From: Camelus dromedarius
Taxonomy: Eukaryota
Length of the DNA stretch: 64,000 nt
Direction of reading: 5' to 3'
Assembly: GCF_036321535.1 (NCBI RefSeq)
Contig: NC_087472.1
Span: 95,048,001-95,112,000 of the forward strand
Both the position numbers and the translations under genes were made by a program. The number at the start of each line of letters is the position of its first letter. Position 1 is the stretch's first letter. The notes beneath the pieces were generated by a model. It saw only the letters and a list, made by a program, of their open reading frames with translations, did not search any database and was not told where the DNA came from. Below are positions 52,031 through 64,000 of the stretch, piece after piece.

Positions 52031-53288
52031 TGTTTTCATTGGAGAATTGCTTGGTTAGGTCTTCTGCCCATTTTTGGATTGGGTTGTTTGTTTTTTTATT
52101 ATTAAGTTGTATGAGCTGTTTATATATTCTGGAAATTAAACCGTTGTCAGTCACATCATTTGCAAATATTTTCTCCCATTCTGTAGGTTGTCCTTTTGTT
52201 TTACTTATGATATCCTTTGCTGTGCAAAAGCTTTTGAGTTTAATTAGGTCCCATTTGTTTGTTTTTGCTCTTATTTCTGTTGCCTGGGTGGACTGCCCTA
52301 GGAGAACATTCAATGTTTTGCCTATGTTTTCTTCTAGGAGGTTTATTTTGTCTTGTCTTATATTTAAGTCTTTAAGCCATTTTGAGTTTATTTTTGTGTT
52401 TGATATGAGGGAGTGTTATCACTGCATTGATTTACATGCTGCTGTCTAGTTTTCCCAACACCACTTGCTGAAGAGACTGTCTTTTCTCCATTGTGTATTC
52501 TTGCCTCCTTTGTCAAAGATTAATTTACTGTAGGTGTGTAGGTTTATTTCTGGACTCTCTAGTCTGTTCCATTGTCTGTTTTTGTGTCAATACCTTGCTG
52601 TTTTGATTACTGTAGCTCTGTAATATTGTCTGAAGTCTGGGAGGGTTTTTCCTTCAGCTTCATTCTTTTTCTTCAGTATTACTTTGGCAATTCTGGGTCT
52701 TTTGTGATTCCATATAAATTTTTGGATTATTTGTCCTAGTTCTGTGAAAAATGTCCTGGGTCATTTGATAGAGATCACATTAAGTCTGTAGATTGCCTTG
52801 GCAGTATGGCCATTTTAATGATATTGATTCCTCTTATCCAAGAGCATGGGATATCTTTCCATTTCTTTAAGTCATCTTTAATTTCCTTAATCAATGTTTT
52901 GCAGTTCTCTGTGTACAGGTCTTTCACCTCCTTGGTCAGATTTATTCCTAAGTATTTTATTGTTTTGGATGTGATTTTAAAAGGGGTTGTTTCTTTACTT
53001 TATTTTCCTGCTATTTTATTGTTAATATAAAGAAATGCAACTGATTTCTGTATGTTAATCTTGTATCCTGCTACCTTGCCAAATTCTTTTATCAGCTCTA
53101 GTAGTTTTTGTGTGGAGCCTGTAAGGTTTTCTATATATAGTATCATGGCATCCACATATAGTGACAGTTTTATCTCTTCTCTCCCAATTTGGATCCCTTT
53201 TATTTATTTATTTATTTTTGCCTGATTGCTGTGGCTAGGACTTCCAAAACTATACTGAATAGAAGTGGTGAGAGTGGGCATCCTTGTT
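52031..53288 (-). mobile_element. Internal L1 ORF2 fragment with no 3' end
   Basis: ORF 51987..52313 ([25 protein letters not shown]). Confidence 0.92.
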
Positions 53289-53584
53289 TTCTTACAGTTT
53301 CTAAACACAGAACACTAAGATTGGAATTTTTTTTTAAAGGTTCAAAAATGTCTACCAATATGTATGTACTCAAATGTTGAATATAAAATCCATATACAGA
53401 AAACTCTAGATGAATATATATGACCTAAATATGAAAGGTAAACTTCTGAAACTAACAGAAGAAATTATGAGAGAATATCTTTTTCTTTCAGAGAATGCAG
53501 AGGACTTCTTAAATAAGATAAAGCACTCATGATTAGGTTAACATCAGTTTAATTATCTAAAAACTAAAGATTTATTTTTCAAAA

Positions 53585-54625
53585 TGTATTTTTATTGAAG
53601 TATAGTCAGTTTACAATGTTGTGTCAATTTCTAGTGTACAGCACAATACTTCAGTTATATAGGAACATGCATATATTTGTTTTCATATTCTTTTTAACTG
53701 TAAGTTACTACAAGGTATTAAATATAGTTTCCTGTCCTATACAGTATAAACTTGTTGTTTATTTTATATATAGTAGTTAGTATCTGCAAATCTCAAACTC
53801 TCAATTTATCCCTTCCCACCTCCTCCCCCCAACCCCGTAACCACAAATTTGTTTTCTATGTCTGTGAGTCTGTTTCCTTTTTATAAATGTTTCTTTTTTT
53901 TTTTTTAAGATTCCACATATAAGTGATATCATATGGTATTCTTTCTTTTTTTGGCTTACTTCACGTAGAATGACATTCTCCAGGTCCATCCATGTTGCTA
54001 CAAATGGCATTATTTTATTCTTTTTTATGGCTGAGTAGTAGTCCATTGTATAAATATAGCACAACTTCTTTATCCAGTCATCTGTAGTAGGACACTTAGG
54101 TTGTTTCCATGTCTTGGCTATTGTAAATAGTGCTGTTAGGAACATTGGGGTGCATGTATCTTTTTGAATTGAGATTCCCTCTGTATATATGCCCAGGAGT
54201 GGGTTTGTTGGATCATATTGTAAGTCTATTTTCAGTCTTTTGAGGAATCTCCATACTGTTTTCCATAATGGCTGCACCAAACTATATTCCCACCAACAGT
54301 GTAGGAGGGTTCCCTTTTCTCCACAGGCTCTCCAGCATTTATCATTTGTGGACTTTTGAATGATGGCCATTCTGACTGGTTTGAGGTGATACTTCATTGT
54401 AGTTTTGATTTGCATTTCTCTGATAATTAGTGATATTGAGCATTTTTTCACGTGCCTATTGACCATTTGTATGTCTTCACTGGAGAATTTCTTATTTAGG
54501 TCTTCTGCCCATTTTTGGATTGGGTTGTTTGTTTTTTTCTTATTAAGTTGTATGAGCTATTTATATATTCTGGAAATTTAAGCGCTTGTCAGTCTCATCT
54601 TTTGCAAATATTTTCTCCCATTCCA
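53585..54625 (-). mobile_element. 5'-truncated L1 (ORF2 C-terminus + 3'UTR)
   Basis: ORF 53801..54466; possible TSD atttatttt(t)c at ~53570 / ~54628. Confidence 0.95.
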
Positions 54626-55812
54626 ATATTTATTTTCTGAGAACATACATATGTGTATGAAGCTATTTACAGCACTTATGATACTGTAAATAGTCAATGA
54701 ACTGGATATCAACAGGAAAATGGAGAAAGGATAGATAAGTCATATATGAAAAGATGGGTGTCATTATTATCAATCAACAAAAATGCAAATTTAAAATGGA
54801 GATACTATTCCAGAACCATCAGGTGAATAAAATGAGAAGTTGAAAATACAAGTTTTCCAAGAATGAGGAGAAATGGGCATCTCCCAGTCAGGAATCTAAA
54901 CTGATAAAGGCTTTCTGGAGAGTAATCTGGCAGTACTTGATGAAATCAAGTCTGAATATTTTATATTGGGAGGTAGAGAATTTCCCTTCTGAAATAGGCA
55001 AATTATTGTTCAGTCTTCTTTTGAACTCTCTTGTCAACTTGGCAAAATCACCTCTTTGGCCTTCTTTTGTCACACATTCTGTTCCAAGCTTATCTGTAGA
55101 TATTTATAAGGAAATGCAGCTAATCATTGTCACTTAGCTAAATAATGATCATCCTACTCTTTCTCTGCAGGCACATTTCCTTTTTTAAAAAATCTCTTAT
55201 AATTGAATATAGTTTATTTACAATATTATATTAGTTTCAGGTATACAACATAGTGATTCAGCATTTTTATTATTCTCCATTTAAGCTTACTGCAAAATAT
55301 TGGCTATATTCCCTGTGCTGTACCATATATCTTTATAGTTTATTTATTTTATACATAGTAGTTTGTACCTCTTAATTCCCTTCTCCTGTCTTCTCCCTCC
55401 CCTCTTCCCTATCCTCACTGATAACCACTAGTTTGTTCCCTATGTCTGTAAGTCTGTTTCTTTTTGGTTATATTAATTCATTAGTTTCATTTTTTAGATT
55501 CCACATAAAAGTGATAACATACAGTGTTTGTTTTTCTTTGACCTATTTCATTAAGCATAATACCCTCCAGAATCATCTCTGTTGTTGCAAATGGCAAAAC
55601 TTCATTCTTTTTTGTGGCTAATATTTCATTGTATGTGCATAAGCCACACCTTTAGCCATTCATCTGTTGATGGACACTTCGGTTGTGTCCATATCTTGGC
55701 TATTGTAAGTAATGCTGCTATGAAGAGTGGAGTGTGTGTATCTTTTCAAATTAGTGTTTTCTTTTTCTTCAGATAAATACCCAGGAGTGGAATTTTTGGA
55801 TCATTTGGTAGT

Positions 55813-55913
55813 CGTTTTTTTTTTTTTTTTTTTTTAATGGAGGTACTGGGGATTGAACCCAGGACCTTGTGAATGCTAAGCTTGTGCTCTACCACTGAGC
55901 TATTAACCTCCCC
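55813..55913 (-). mobile_element. tRNA-Ala-derived SINE (camelid vic-1 type)
   Basis: Reverse complement ggggaggttaatagctcagtggtagag..gggttcaatccccagtacctccatt(A)n; TSD gatcatKtggtagt 55799-55812 / 55914-55927. Confidence 0.93.
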
Positions 55914-56059
55914 GATCATGTGGTAGTTCTAATTTTAATTTTTTGAGGAACCTTCATATTGTTTTCCATAGTGGCTGCACCAATTTACTTTACCACCAAC
56001 ATTGTAGAAGGGTTCCCTTTTCTCCACATCCTCTCCAGCATTTCTTATTTGTAGACTTT

Positions 56060-56172
56060 TTTTTTTAACTTTTTTTATTTAGTTATAGTCATTTTACAAT
56101 GTTGTGTCAAATTCCACTGTAGAGCACGGTTTTTCATTTATACATGAACATACATATATTCATTGTCACATT
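56060..56172 (-). mobile_element. 113-bp young L1 3' tail
   Basis: Exact TSD TTATTTGTAGACTTT 56045-56059 / 56173-56187; homologous to ~51730-51836. Confidence 0.93.
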
Positions 56173-57412
56173 TTATTTGTAGACTTTCTGATGATAGCTA
56201 TTCTGATCGGTGTGAGGTGATATATGTCACCATGGTTTTTATTTGCATTTCTCTGAATGTTAGCAATGTTGAGCATCTTTTCATGTGGCTATTGGCAATC
56301 TCTGTGTCATCTTTGGAAAAATGTTCAGGTCTTCTGCCCATTTTTAAATCAGGGTGTTAGATTTTTTGATATTGAGTTGTATGAGCTGTTATATTAACCC
56401 CTTATCAGTCATATTATTTGCAAATAACTTTCTCCCATTCAGTAGATTGTCTTTTTGTTTTGTTGATTTTTTTTTTTTTTTTTTTTTTGCTGTGCAAAAG
56501 CTTTTAAGTTTAATTAGGTCTCATTTGTTTATTTTTGCTTTTGTTTCCTTTGCCTTAGGATACATTTACTATTTAACTTTTTTCAGTTTTTGTTTTTGTT
56601 GCTTATTTTAACAAGATACATGCTCCCCTGAAAGCGGCTATTTAAGACCCCTTAGCATTTTTATTTTGAACTCTGAGAAGCATTTCTTCCCTACACAATT
56701 CTATACAAAAATTTGAAACCACAAATGATAATATAACAAATCTCTATTTTAGCTTTAAAATAAATTTGCCAACATGTTATTAATACAAGCAATAATATGT
56801 ACATATATAGTTTATCTGGCTTTAGTCTAACCTGGTGAGGTAGAAAGGAAATGGATTACTGATTATGAGTGAATACTCGTTAAATACCAAGGGCACTCTT
56901 CCTTCAAAAAGAGATTTTGTCACATTTTCTGGGGGAAGTAGATAAAATCAGAATTTACAGAATATTTTGTGTTAGGGCCTGCAGAGGTTATTTAACAGGA
57001 GAGAGATTAGGCAGCTTAAAAATAACTAATTTGGAGGTGAAATTATTAAGTAAATCTCATTGGTAAGTTAGAAATTTCTCATTTTTTTGTCCCTATCTTC
57101 TAGCAAAATGCTATCATTTAATAATTATTGAACGTTCTAACAGTTGAAATCTATCCATGCTAATGTAAAATAAAAGTTAAAACTCCAGGCAATTTTATTT
57201 TTTTGTTTTATTATTTTTAGTACGAGATCTTACACCCTGCTCCAAGCATGCATTTTTACTTGATAATGTTTAGGTCTATGTTTAGAATGACTGCACGTAA
57301 CCATTCACTATTTTTCTACTGATAAGGAATCTTACCACCAAAGCCCTTAAAAGTATTCTGAGTGTGAATTTCATACTGATTTTAAATAGATAGAAATTAA
57401 TCTTTTACTATC

Positions 57413-57438
57413 TCAAGTGACAGATTCCGTGCTGTCAA
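57413..57438 (-). CDS. Candidate terminal coding exon (..LDSTESVT*) of an unidentified gene
   Basis: Acceptor cctttttttatctAG; in frame with the 23-nt exon upstream; AATAAA signals at 57212-57207 and 57199-57194. Confidence 0.35.
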
Positions 57439-57600
57439 CTAGATAAAAAAAGGAATCTCTGTCAATTGTTTAGCATTTCCTACATAACTAGATAAATGTT
57501 AAAGTGTGGCTATAACATTGGAATGGTTTAAGATAATTAGTTACTTGTCATTTGGAGGATTTGGCATCATGTAGTCAAAGTGATCGATGATAGAACTTAC

Positions 57601-57623
57601 GCCTCTTGAGTACTGGTTTATTG
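57601..57623 (-). CDS. Candidate 23-nt microexon (xNKPVLKR in phase 2)
   Basis: TACTAAC branch point, tgccattctttgtAG acceptor, GTAAGT donor. Confidence 0.5.
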
Positions 57624-58117
57624 CTACAAAGAATGGCAGTTAGTAGCGTTAAATTAAAAATATATACTAAAAATGATTGTGAAGGAGTAGGTAAAAGACG
57701 TTCATTTCATGTCAGGAAAAACGAATGAGAATCTAAAAAGACAAGCAGGAGAATAAATCAAAAACTTAGGATGTGTTTCATTTTAAAAATCACTTCCTAC
57801 TTAAATAAATATGAAGTGGACAATAGAGTTGAATTAACTATCAGTGGCAAAAATGTGGATTTATTTGTTTTTTTTGATGGTTACAAAATGCAGGGAGTCA
57901 GGATTTTGTGAGATAGCCCACTTTTCTCTCACAAATCTCACATTCTGCATACTACTGTTTTGAAATCTGATTCCAGAAAAAGATTTGATTTTAGCTCTTC
58001 AGGCTGCAGAGTGATGTATGTCAATGTGTTACTTCTCTTCCTGATATAATTTGTTGAGATACAATGTCTCATAATTGAAAGAACACCAGCCTTAGAGTTA
58101 GAAAGATGTGCATTTTA

Positions 58118-58365
58118 TTTCCTTTTTAAGTTTATTTTATCTTGCAGTTTTATTGAGATATAATTGACATACAGCACTGCATAAGTTTAAGGTGTATAGC
58201 ATGATTTGCCTTACATACATCAGAAATGATTCCCACAACAAGTATAGTGAACATTCAGCCTCTCATATAGATACAAAATTAAAGAAATAGAAAAAAATGT
58301 TTTTTCCTTGTAATGAGAACTCTCAGGATTTACTCTCTTAACAACTCTCAGATATCACATAGAGC
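58118..58365 (-). mobile_element. L1 3' end inserted in a MIR
   Basis: TSD GATGTGCATTTTA 58105-58117 / 58372-58384. Confidence 0.85.
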
Positions 58366-58629
58366 AGAAAGGATGTGCATTTTAATTTTGATTATGCCAG
58401 CAAATTAGCTGTGGGACCTAGAGAAAATGTATTTTTCTTCTTAGAACTTGTTTACTTTCTGGAAGGGAAAAGCAAATAATGTCTTTTTATAGCAATATTA
58501 TGATAATTAAATGTAATTTTGAATACTGAATTTTTCTGTAAGAATTCAGTAAATGGTAGCTGTTGATATTGTTGTTTTACTAATATTGTTAGCTTTATAC
58601 TTAGTATATATTTCTACTTTTAGTTATTA

Positions 58630-58810
58630 TTACAACCGTGGGCAAGTTACATATTCTCTGTAGCTACAATCTCCAAATCTGTAAAATGAGGATAGTAATA
58701 GTATTTATTCTCTGGGCAGTGAGAGGCTTAAATGGGTTAATACATGTAAATCACATAGCAGAACACCCTGCACACTGTAAACCATATAAATGTTAAGCAT
58801 TATTAATAGT
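58630..58810 (+). mobile_element. MIR
   Basis: gggcaagttac..atctgtaaaatgaggatagtaatagta. Confidence 0.8.
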
Positions 58811-60089
58811 GTTAGAGGAGTTATACTTTATTTGTTTATTACATTTTATAAGCAGATTGGGAGTGTATTAGAGGTTTATAAAATCACACACCACAAAGAC
58901 TAATCTGTTCTGCTCACACATAAGATTCTCAGTGGCCAATTCTGTATGGCTTAATTCCTGCAGCATTATAGAGAAATATACTCTCTCTTAGATCATAATA
59001 ACCAGAAGAAACAGAACAAAAATATTCAAAATAAGAGATGTGAGCAAATCCCATGACTTAAAGTCTAAATGTGGCACACAAACATCTAAATGAGAGTGTT
59101 ATGCAATTACAATTATTGAAAATATTTTGAAGAGTTTGACAATGATGTCCAAACCCAGCCACTCAGGAGATCATGCCAGAAGACCCTAGTGAAGTATTTT
59201 AATCTATACCTCCACAGGCATTCTGTCACACCCCATCGAGGGAACCTTGCAGCCCCTCCTCCCTGCCCTTGCCAAGTAAAATAAGTGCTGTAGTGAGTCA
59301 TAATTACTGGTGGAAGTAAACTGCATCTTTTCTGATGCTAGAATCTGAGAATCCCTGTTTTGAAGTCATGATTTTGTTTCATATTTGGTAGACATTTTCT
59401 TTTACTATTTTTTATTAATATCTATTCTCATCTAAATAATCATACACTCAATATTTATGTCAGTGTTAAGATGGAAACTTATTTATAAAACACTTGAAGA
59501 TGAAAATCCAATGGAGATAGGATTAAGCTGCCTTGCTCGCAGCTGAGATTTAATTTCAGAGTTTAATGAGGCTTTTTGTCCACTAGAAGTATAATTTTTT
59601 CTTTTGGGTAGATGAGAAATCAAGTATCTCACAACAGTTGACATTAAAGGGAATTACATGTTTATAATGATAGAGCAAAGCTTTTACTAAATGAGTAGTT
59701 GAGAGTATTGGCAGATTGTCAATTTAAATTTCCCAAATTAATAGGAAATATTTAATAACTTAATATGAAATTCAAACAGGGTATGTGAAGTCATAGAATG
59801 TGTTGGATTATTTTTTATCTAAGTTTTCTTGGAGGAAATTAACTTGACCATTGGCCATTAAGGTAAAGGAAGATGACTTGCATCCTTTTTGTATTGAAAG
59901 GTGATCCCAATTCTGTCTTCTCTGGAGAAGAATTTCATGGTTTCCAAGTTTTTAAGTTATATGGTTAAAAATACAAGGGTTATTTTTCTAGGCATGATAT
60001 ATACATGTCATTGAAGACAATATTAAAAAAAAATAAGGTTTTAAAATTTTAATCAGTTAACAGTTTTAAAATTTAAGCTAGGACGACAT

Positions 60090-60285
60090 TACATTCTCTC
60101 ACTTTATCCCCACAGCAACCCTATTATTGATTCTGTGATGGTATTACTCCCATTTTGCAGATTAAGAAACTAAGATTTAGAGAACTTAAGTTAATGTGCT
60201 CGTGGTCACTCAGGTGATAAGCTTGGCAGAAGTAGAGTGTGAAATCAGACCTGCTTGCATCCACAACCTCTGTTCTACCATCAGA
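60090..60285 (-). mobile_element. MIR
   Basis: cccattttgcagattaagaaactaag. Confidence 0.75.
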
Positions 60286-60427
60286 GCACAGGTCATATGT
60301 GACTCCATCAGGCTGTTTAAAGAAACTTGATAGAGCCTTTGTGAGTCAGATTCAGCCACTGGGACTTTTAGAAAAAAGGGCAATGAAGAGAGTTCTTATT
60401 TGGTCAGAAGTTCCTTATTTATTCTTT

Positions 60428-60515
60428 TTAACTAATGTGGGTGTGTTGGTAACGGGCGAGATAGTCTTGTATCCTTCTCCGCATTTCGGGAAAGATTATA
60501 CGGCCAGTTATATAA
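60428..60515 (-). CDS. Candidate terminal coding exon (xYITGRIIFPEMRRRIQDYLARYQHTHIS*)
   Basis: Acceptor ttgcctatttttAG; 5 CpGs retained; AATAAA at 60423-60418 just after the stop. Confidence 0.4.
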
Positions 60516-61715
60516 CTAAAAATAGGCAACTAAAATGGAAATAAGACATAGCGCATGTGTAACAGTTGATTCAAGATCAAAGTGTTTTTTGTTTTCTGGA
60601 ATGTGTTGAAAGGCATTGCTAAAAGACATATTTGTTTAGAAATTGGAGGTACCTAGAGTTGCTTCATGCATGGTTAATTGTCTTAATATCCGCAATCTGA
60701 TTTGAGGAACTAAGTGTATATTCACTGCCATGTTATCTACTCCACCATGAACACAATTCCGGGACCACTCTTACTAATTTTAAGGTTGAAAATGAATCTA
60801 ATCAATTTGCAATAAGAATAATAATAATAGATAGTGTTTATTGAACACTTAATTCACTCTTCTAAGATCTCTATTTGCTATAGAAATATGACAAATTCAC
60901 CTATTCAGAAAATCTCTGAACCCTAGAGAAGGAAATACACAGGGCAGCAAGATGAAAGGTTTATCTTGTAGCTGAGTGCTACAAAGTTACCCTGTTGTCT
61001 CTAGGATCTCAAGCAACACAAATCAATTTTGTAAGTATTACCAACAGGCTGTCTTCCTTGCAGGTTAATGCTTTATATTATGGGTTGCCTTTTTCTCTCA
61101 ACAATGTGAAATCCTCTCAAGCTGCACTCGTTTAGCAAATTTTGTCAGCATAATGACAAGGTTGTGTGAATGCGCCCTGAAAGAACTCCACAGTTTTAAA
61201 ATAGTCAAGAATTGGTCCAGGTATCACTTATTCTCCCTTTTGAAAAATCTGTGGAAGAAGTTACCAAACTGTATACTTCCATCTGCCATTTTCTTACAGT
61301 TGTGTCCTAAAATAGGTTGTACTCGCTATGCTCACTGGTAGAATGTAACTTTTTCTTTTACTAATATCATAAAATGGTGCAAGTTTTATTTCATATTCTG
61401 TGGAGTATTCCAGAAAGTTAGGGGCAGACAGGTCCACTTTTCTGCAAGGTGTGGATTTTTTAGATTAAAATTTTAAAGTAAAGCAAATTTGAGAGTAACT
61501 GTGAACTACTATACCCCAGGAGATGCATAGCTAAGAATCCCATGTCTGCAGGCATCATTCAGCCTAAAAGTCAGGTTGGCAAAGAGTTACTTTACATTCT
61601 GCATGGGACCTCAAACCTTGAAACAAACGTGGAAGTTCTTGTCCAGGTCTAAATAGTCACTCAGTAGTTCGATAGACAAACCTGAGCGTCTCCTCTGGGC
61701 CATGTGTGGGTAGTA

Positions 61716-62203
61716 TGTAGCAGATGCTCATAGTGTCCCCCCTGTATCCCTTTAGCATGTGACATTTCAGTGCCTATCAGCAAGCTTCCAACTGCCAGTA
61801 CCTGTGACTGTGAGGGCTCTCTCTGGCCCCTGGAGCCCACTCTGCAAGCATGCAGACCATGATGGAGGCATGAGGGTGTTAATGCTGAATACCAGCCAGC
61901 CACCCTGCAAGCAGCATTTAGCATGACTGCTGGGAGCTGCCGGATAACTACTCCATTCCCCTAACCTCTTTGGATGGGATAACTCTGAGGTGTTGTCTTA
62001 CACAATCTCCCAGAGTTCTCCAGCCAGATCAGACTTTATTTATGCACTGTGATAACTAGCTTGAAAAGCTTCCTTTTACAAGTTTTACTTTCTTTCCATC
62101 TAAATCTCACTTTCTCATTTTGCTGCTGGTGCTCACCTCCCAAAGTACTTGCACTCAAATCCTTGTCTCCAGGTCTGCTTCTGGGGGATCCTAAACTAAG
62201 ATA
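61716..62203 (+). mobile_element. LTR16-like ERVL LTR
   Basis: tgtagcagatgct...tacttgcactcaaatccttgtctc..ctaaactaagata. Confidence 0.85.
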
Positions 62204-62387
62204 TAATATAAAGATGATTAAAGCAAGATCTGTCATGAAGAGGTTTGGAAAGAATAGGCAGAGAAAGAGGAACAGTAGTGATTCTAAAGATGGAGGATGG
62301 AGTTTTATAAGGACTTCATAAATAGGCCCTGCAATGAATTCCCTGGATTTAGCACTCTGTGCTTGCTAGGTGATCGTTGTAAAAGTA

Positions 62388-62560
62388 CGTGGCAGCCATG
62401 AACACTGGCTGCTCAGATCTTTCAAGCGAGGAGCTGCTGAAAAGCGTACAGTTGGCTGACAGCCTCTAGTTGTTACCACTTTGAGATTCTGTAGAATGCT
62501 CATGCCAAGGCCACAGTTTCCCAGGGCTGCTTCCCAGTAGTGACTGGGCACAGCAGGCTT
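62388..62560 (+). mobile_element. LTR33-like fragment
   Basis: gtggcagccatg..gctcagatct..gccaaggccacagtttcccagggctgct. Confidence 0.7.
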
Positions 62561-62599
62561 GTCGGTCAAGGAGAACCAGAATCGGCACGGTCAGTTTAC

Positions 62600-62921
62600 C
62601 CGGCTGGGAGGGATGCCTTGGCAAGTTCCAAAGCTGGCAGGATGGCTGGAACTTTTGGGGCCCAGCTGAAGCGACAGTACCCTGGCAGAATTTCTTCTTC
62701 CTCAGGGAAACCTACATTCTGCATTTAAGGCTTTTCACCTGATTGGATGAGCCTAACCTGACCCAGATTCTTAGGGCTTATCTCCTTTACGGAAAGTCAT
62801 CTGATTATAGATGTTAATGACATCTATGAAATACCTTCACAGCAACACCTAGATTAATGTTTGAATAACTGAGTAGTTATTAATAACTTAGCCAGTTTGA
62901 CACATAAAACTGATGATCACA
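62600..62921 (-). mobile_element. MLT2 LTR
   Basis: cagaatttcttcttcctcaggg..tgattggatgag..tgacacataaaactgatgatcaca. Confidence 0.85.
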
Positions 62922-63049
62922 GTGGATATATATTAGGTGCAAGCTACTTATGCCCTGTGTGGAATTCCTCCAGTGGGTGGTTAGTATCAGATAGGAAAAA
63001 ATTACTAAATTAGGACTCTAATAAGGAAGACATTCAAATGAGGACCAAG

Positions 63050-63960
63050 TCATTGTTCTGAAAGTAGAGTTCTTATTTTTGTTTTTTTTTTAATGCATTA
63101 CTACATTTGAAATACTGTCAAAAAGTATTATTAGTTTGTAAATTTTTCCCTTTCATTGATAATCGATTATAATTTTTAATCTTCTATTAATAGATTTAGA
63201 ATTAATCATTTAAAACACATCATCAAAGTTTAATGTGTATTAACAAAGCTCTGTGATAAATGTAAATTCCACAAACCCTAGTAAATAATTTTTCTCTGTT
63301 AATCATGTAAAATGTAGTGCCTGCTTTTCCCTATACTTCTGACAATTACAAATATAAATTGATAGTACTATAATTACTACACCACTGAAATTTAGAGGAA
63401 TAATTTCCAACATTTATAAATGGAACACTATTAGTAATATTACTAAATGTGAACTTCTGAAAATAAGTTCTTTTAGGTATTTACACATTAAACACTGCAG
63501 AATCACATGTTAGCATTTATAAGCCATTATTTATTCACTTTATTAGCAATTAGTTTCAAAAATTACTCCTATTATTGTATTCTTCACAATGTAAATTAAA
63601 TCTCACCCATCAATTTAACTTCAGGAAACTGCCTCACTGAGCAAGCAAGGTATCAACTCGAATGGCTTGTCATAGCTCATTATTGCTAAAATTTGCTAGT
63701 ATTTTTCATTTTTTGAAAATGTGGTTTTATATTCAGTAGGCCAAAGTTGGTTCGTGAATATATTTATATTTAGTTTTGACTCTGCAATAAACTAGGCATG
63801 TATTACAATTCTTCCAGACAGCCACCTTGGTTGTAGGGAGTGCATTATAGCTCTTAACAACATCAAGGTGGCCTGGTTAACTATCCTTATAAGGCCATTT
63901 CCAGCCTCCCATGGAGAAAGAGTACATATCTGCCTAGAGAGCCATGATTGAAAATTCTCA
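63050..63960. mobile_element. Possible old hAT DNA-transposon remnant
   Basis: AT-rich; weak resemblance to remembered hAT consensus near 63600-63960. Confidence 0.3.
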
Positions 63961-64000
63961 TAGTCTTCTCAGTCTCAGAGTATTTCATTCACCCATTTTC

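Larger units (their letters stand above)
55195..56560 (-). mobile_element. Older L1MA-type 3' region hosting a SINE and a young L1 tail
   Basis: Antisense ORF2 C-terminus and 3'UTR. Confidence 0.9.

Noticed and set aside
51238..52449. Plus-strand hydrophobic ORFs (141 aa, 168 aa)
   Set aside because: Antisense translations of L1 ORF2.
61005..61030. Plus-strand 26-nt exon (tctctAG|GATCTC..TTTT|GTAAGT)
   Set aside because: Splice signals are plausible but there is no partner exon or other support, and it conflicts in strand with the neighbouring candidates; not fully excluded.
63607..63685. Minus-strand exon bounded by ttttAG and GTGAGA
   Set aside because: Stops in all three frames; probably within a DNA-transposon remnant.
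1..64000. Prokaryotic-type systems (CRISPR arrays, operons), rRNA genes, processed pseudogenes
   Set aside because: Sequence is mammalian; no spaced repeat array or recognisable retrocopy seen by eye.

Overview
AT-rich, repeat-dense mammalian genomic DNA, most likely camelid: it carries two tRNA-Ala-derived vic-1-type SINEs and I saw no Alu, Bov-A or PRE-1 elements. Much of the window is LINE-1 fragments of several ages, solo ERV1/ERVL/MaLR LTRs, L2, L3/CR1, MIR and hAT remnants. The only clearly protein-like ORFs in the track are L1 ORF2 pieces. Highlights: (1) a ~1.05 kb tandem duplication through a solo ERV1 LTR whose CpG-rich 301-bp core is identical between copies while the flanks differ by roughly 8-10%; (2) a cluster of candidate minus-strand exons at 57.2-61.2 kb that could be the alternatively spliced 3' end of an unidentified gene; (3) a twin-primed inverted L1, a short L1 3' transduction and a poly(A)-only insertion; (4) a repeat-poor 20.2-25.6 kb block with clustered homeodomain motifs. 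Repeat family names were assigned by eye from remembered consensus sequences, not by database search, and boundaries of old repeats are approximate.
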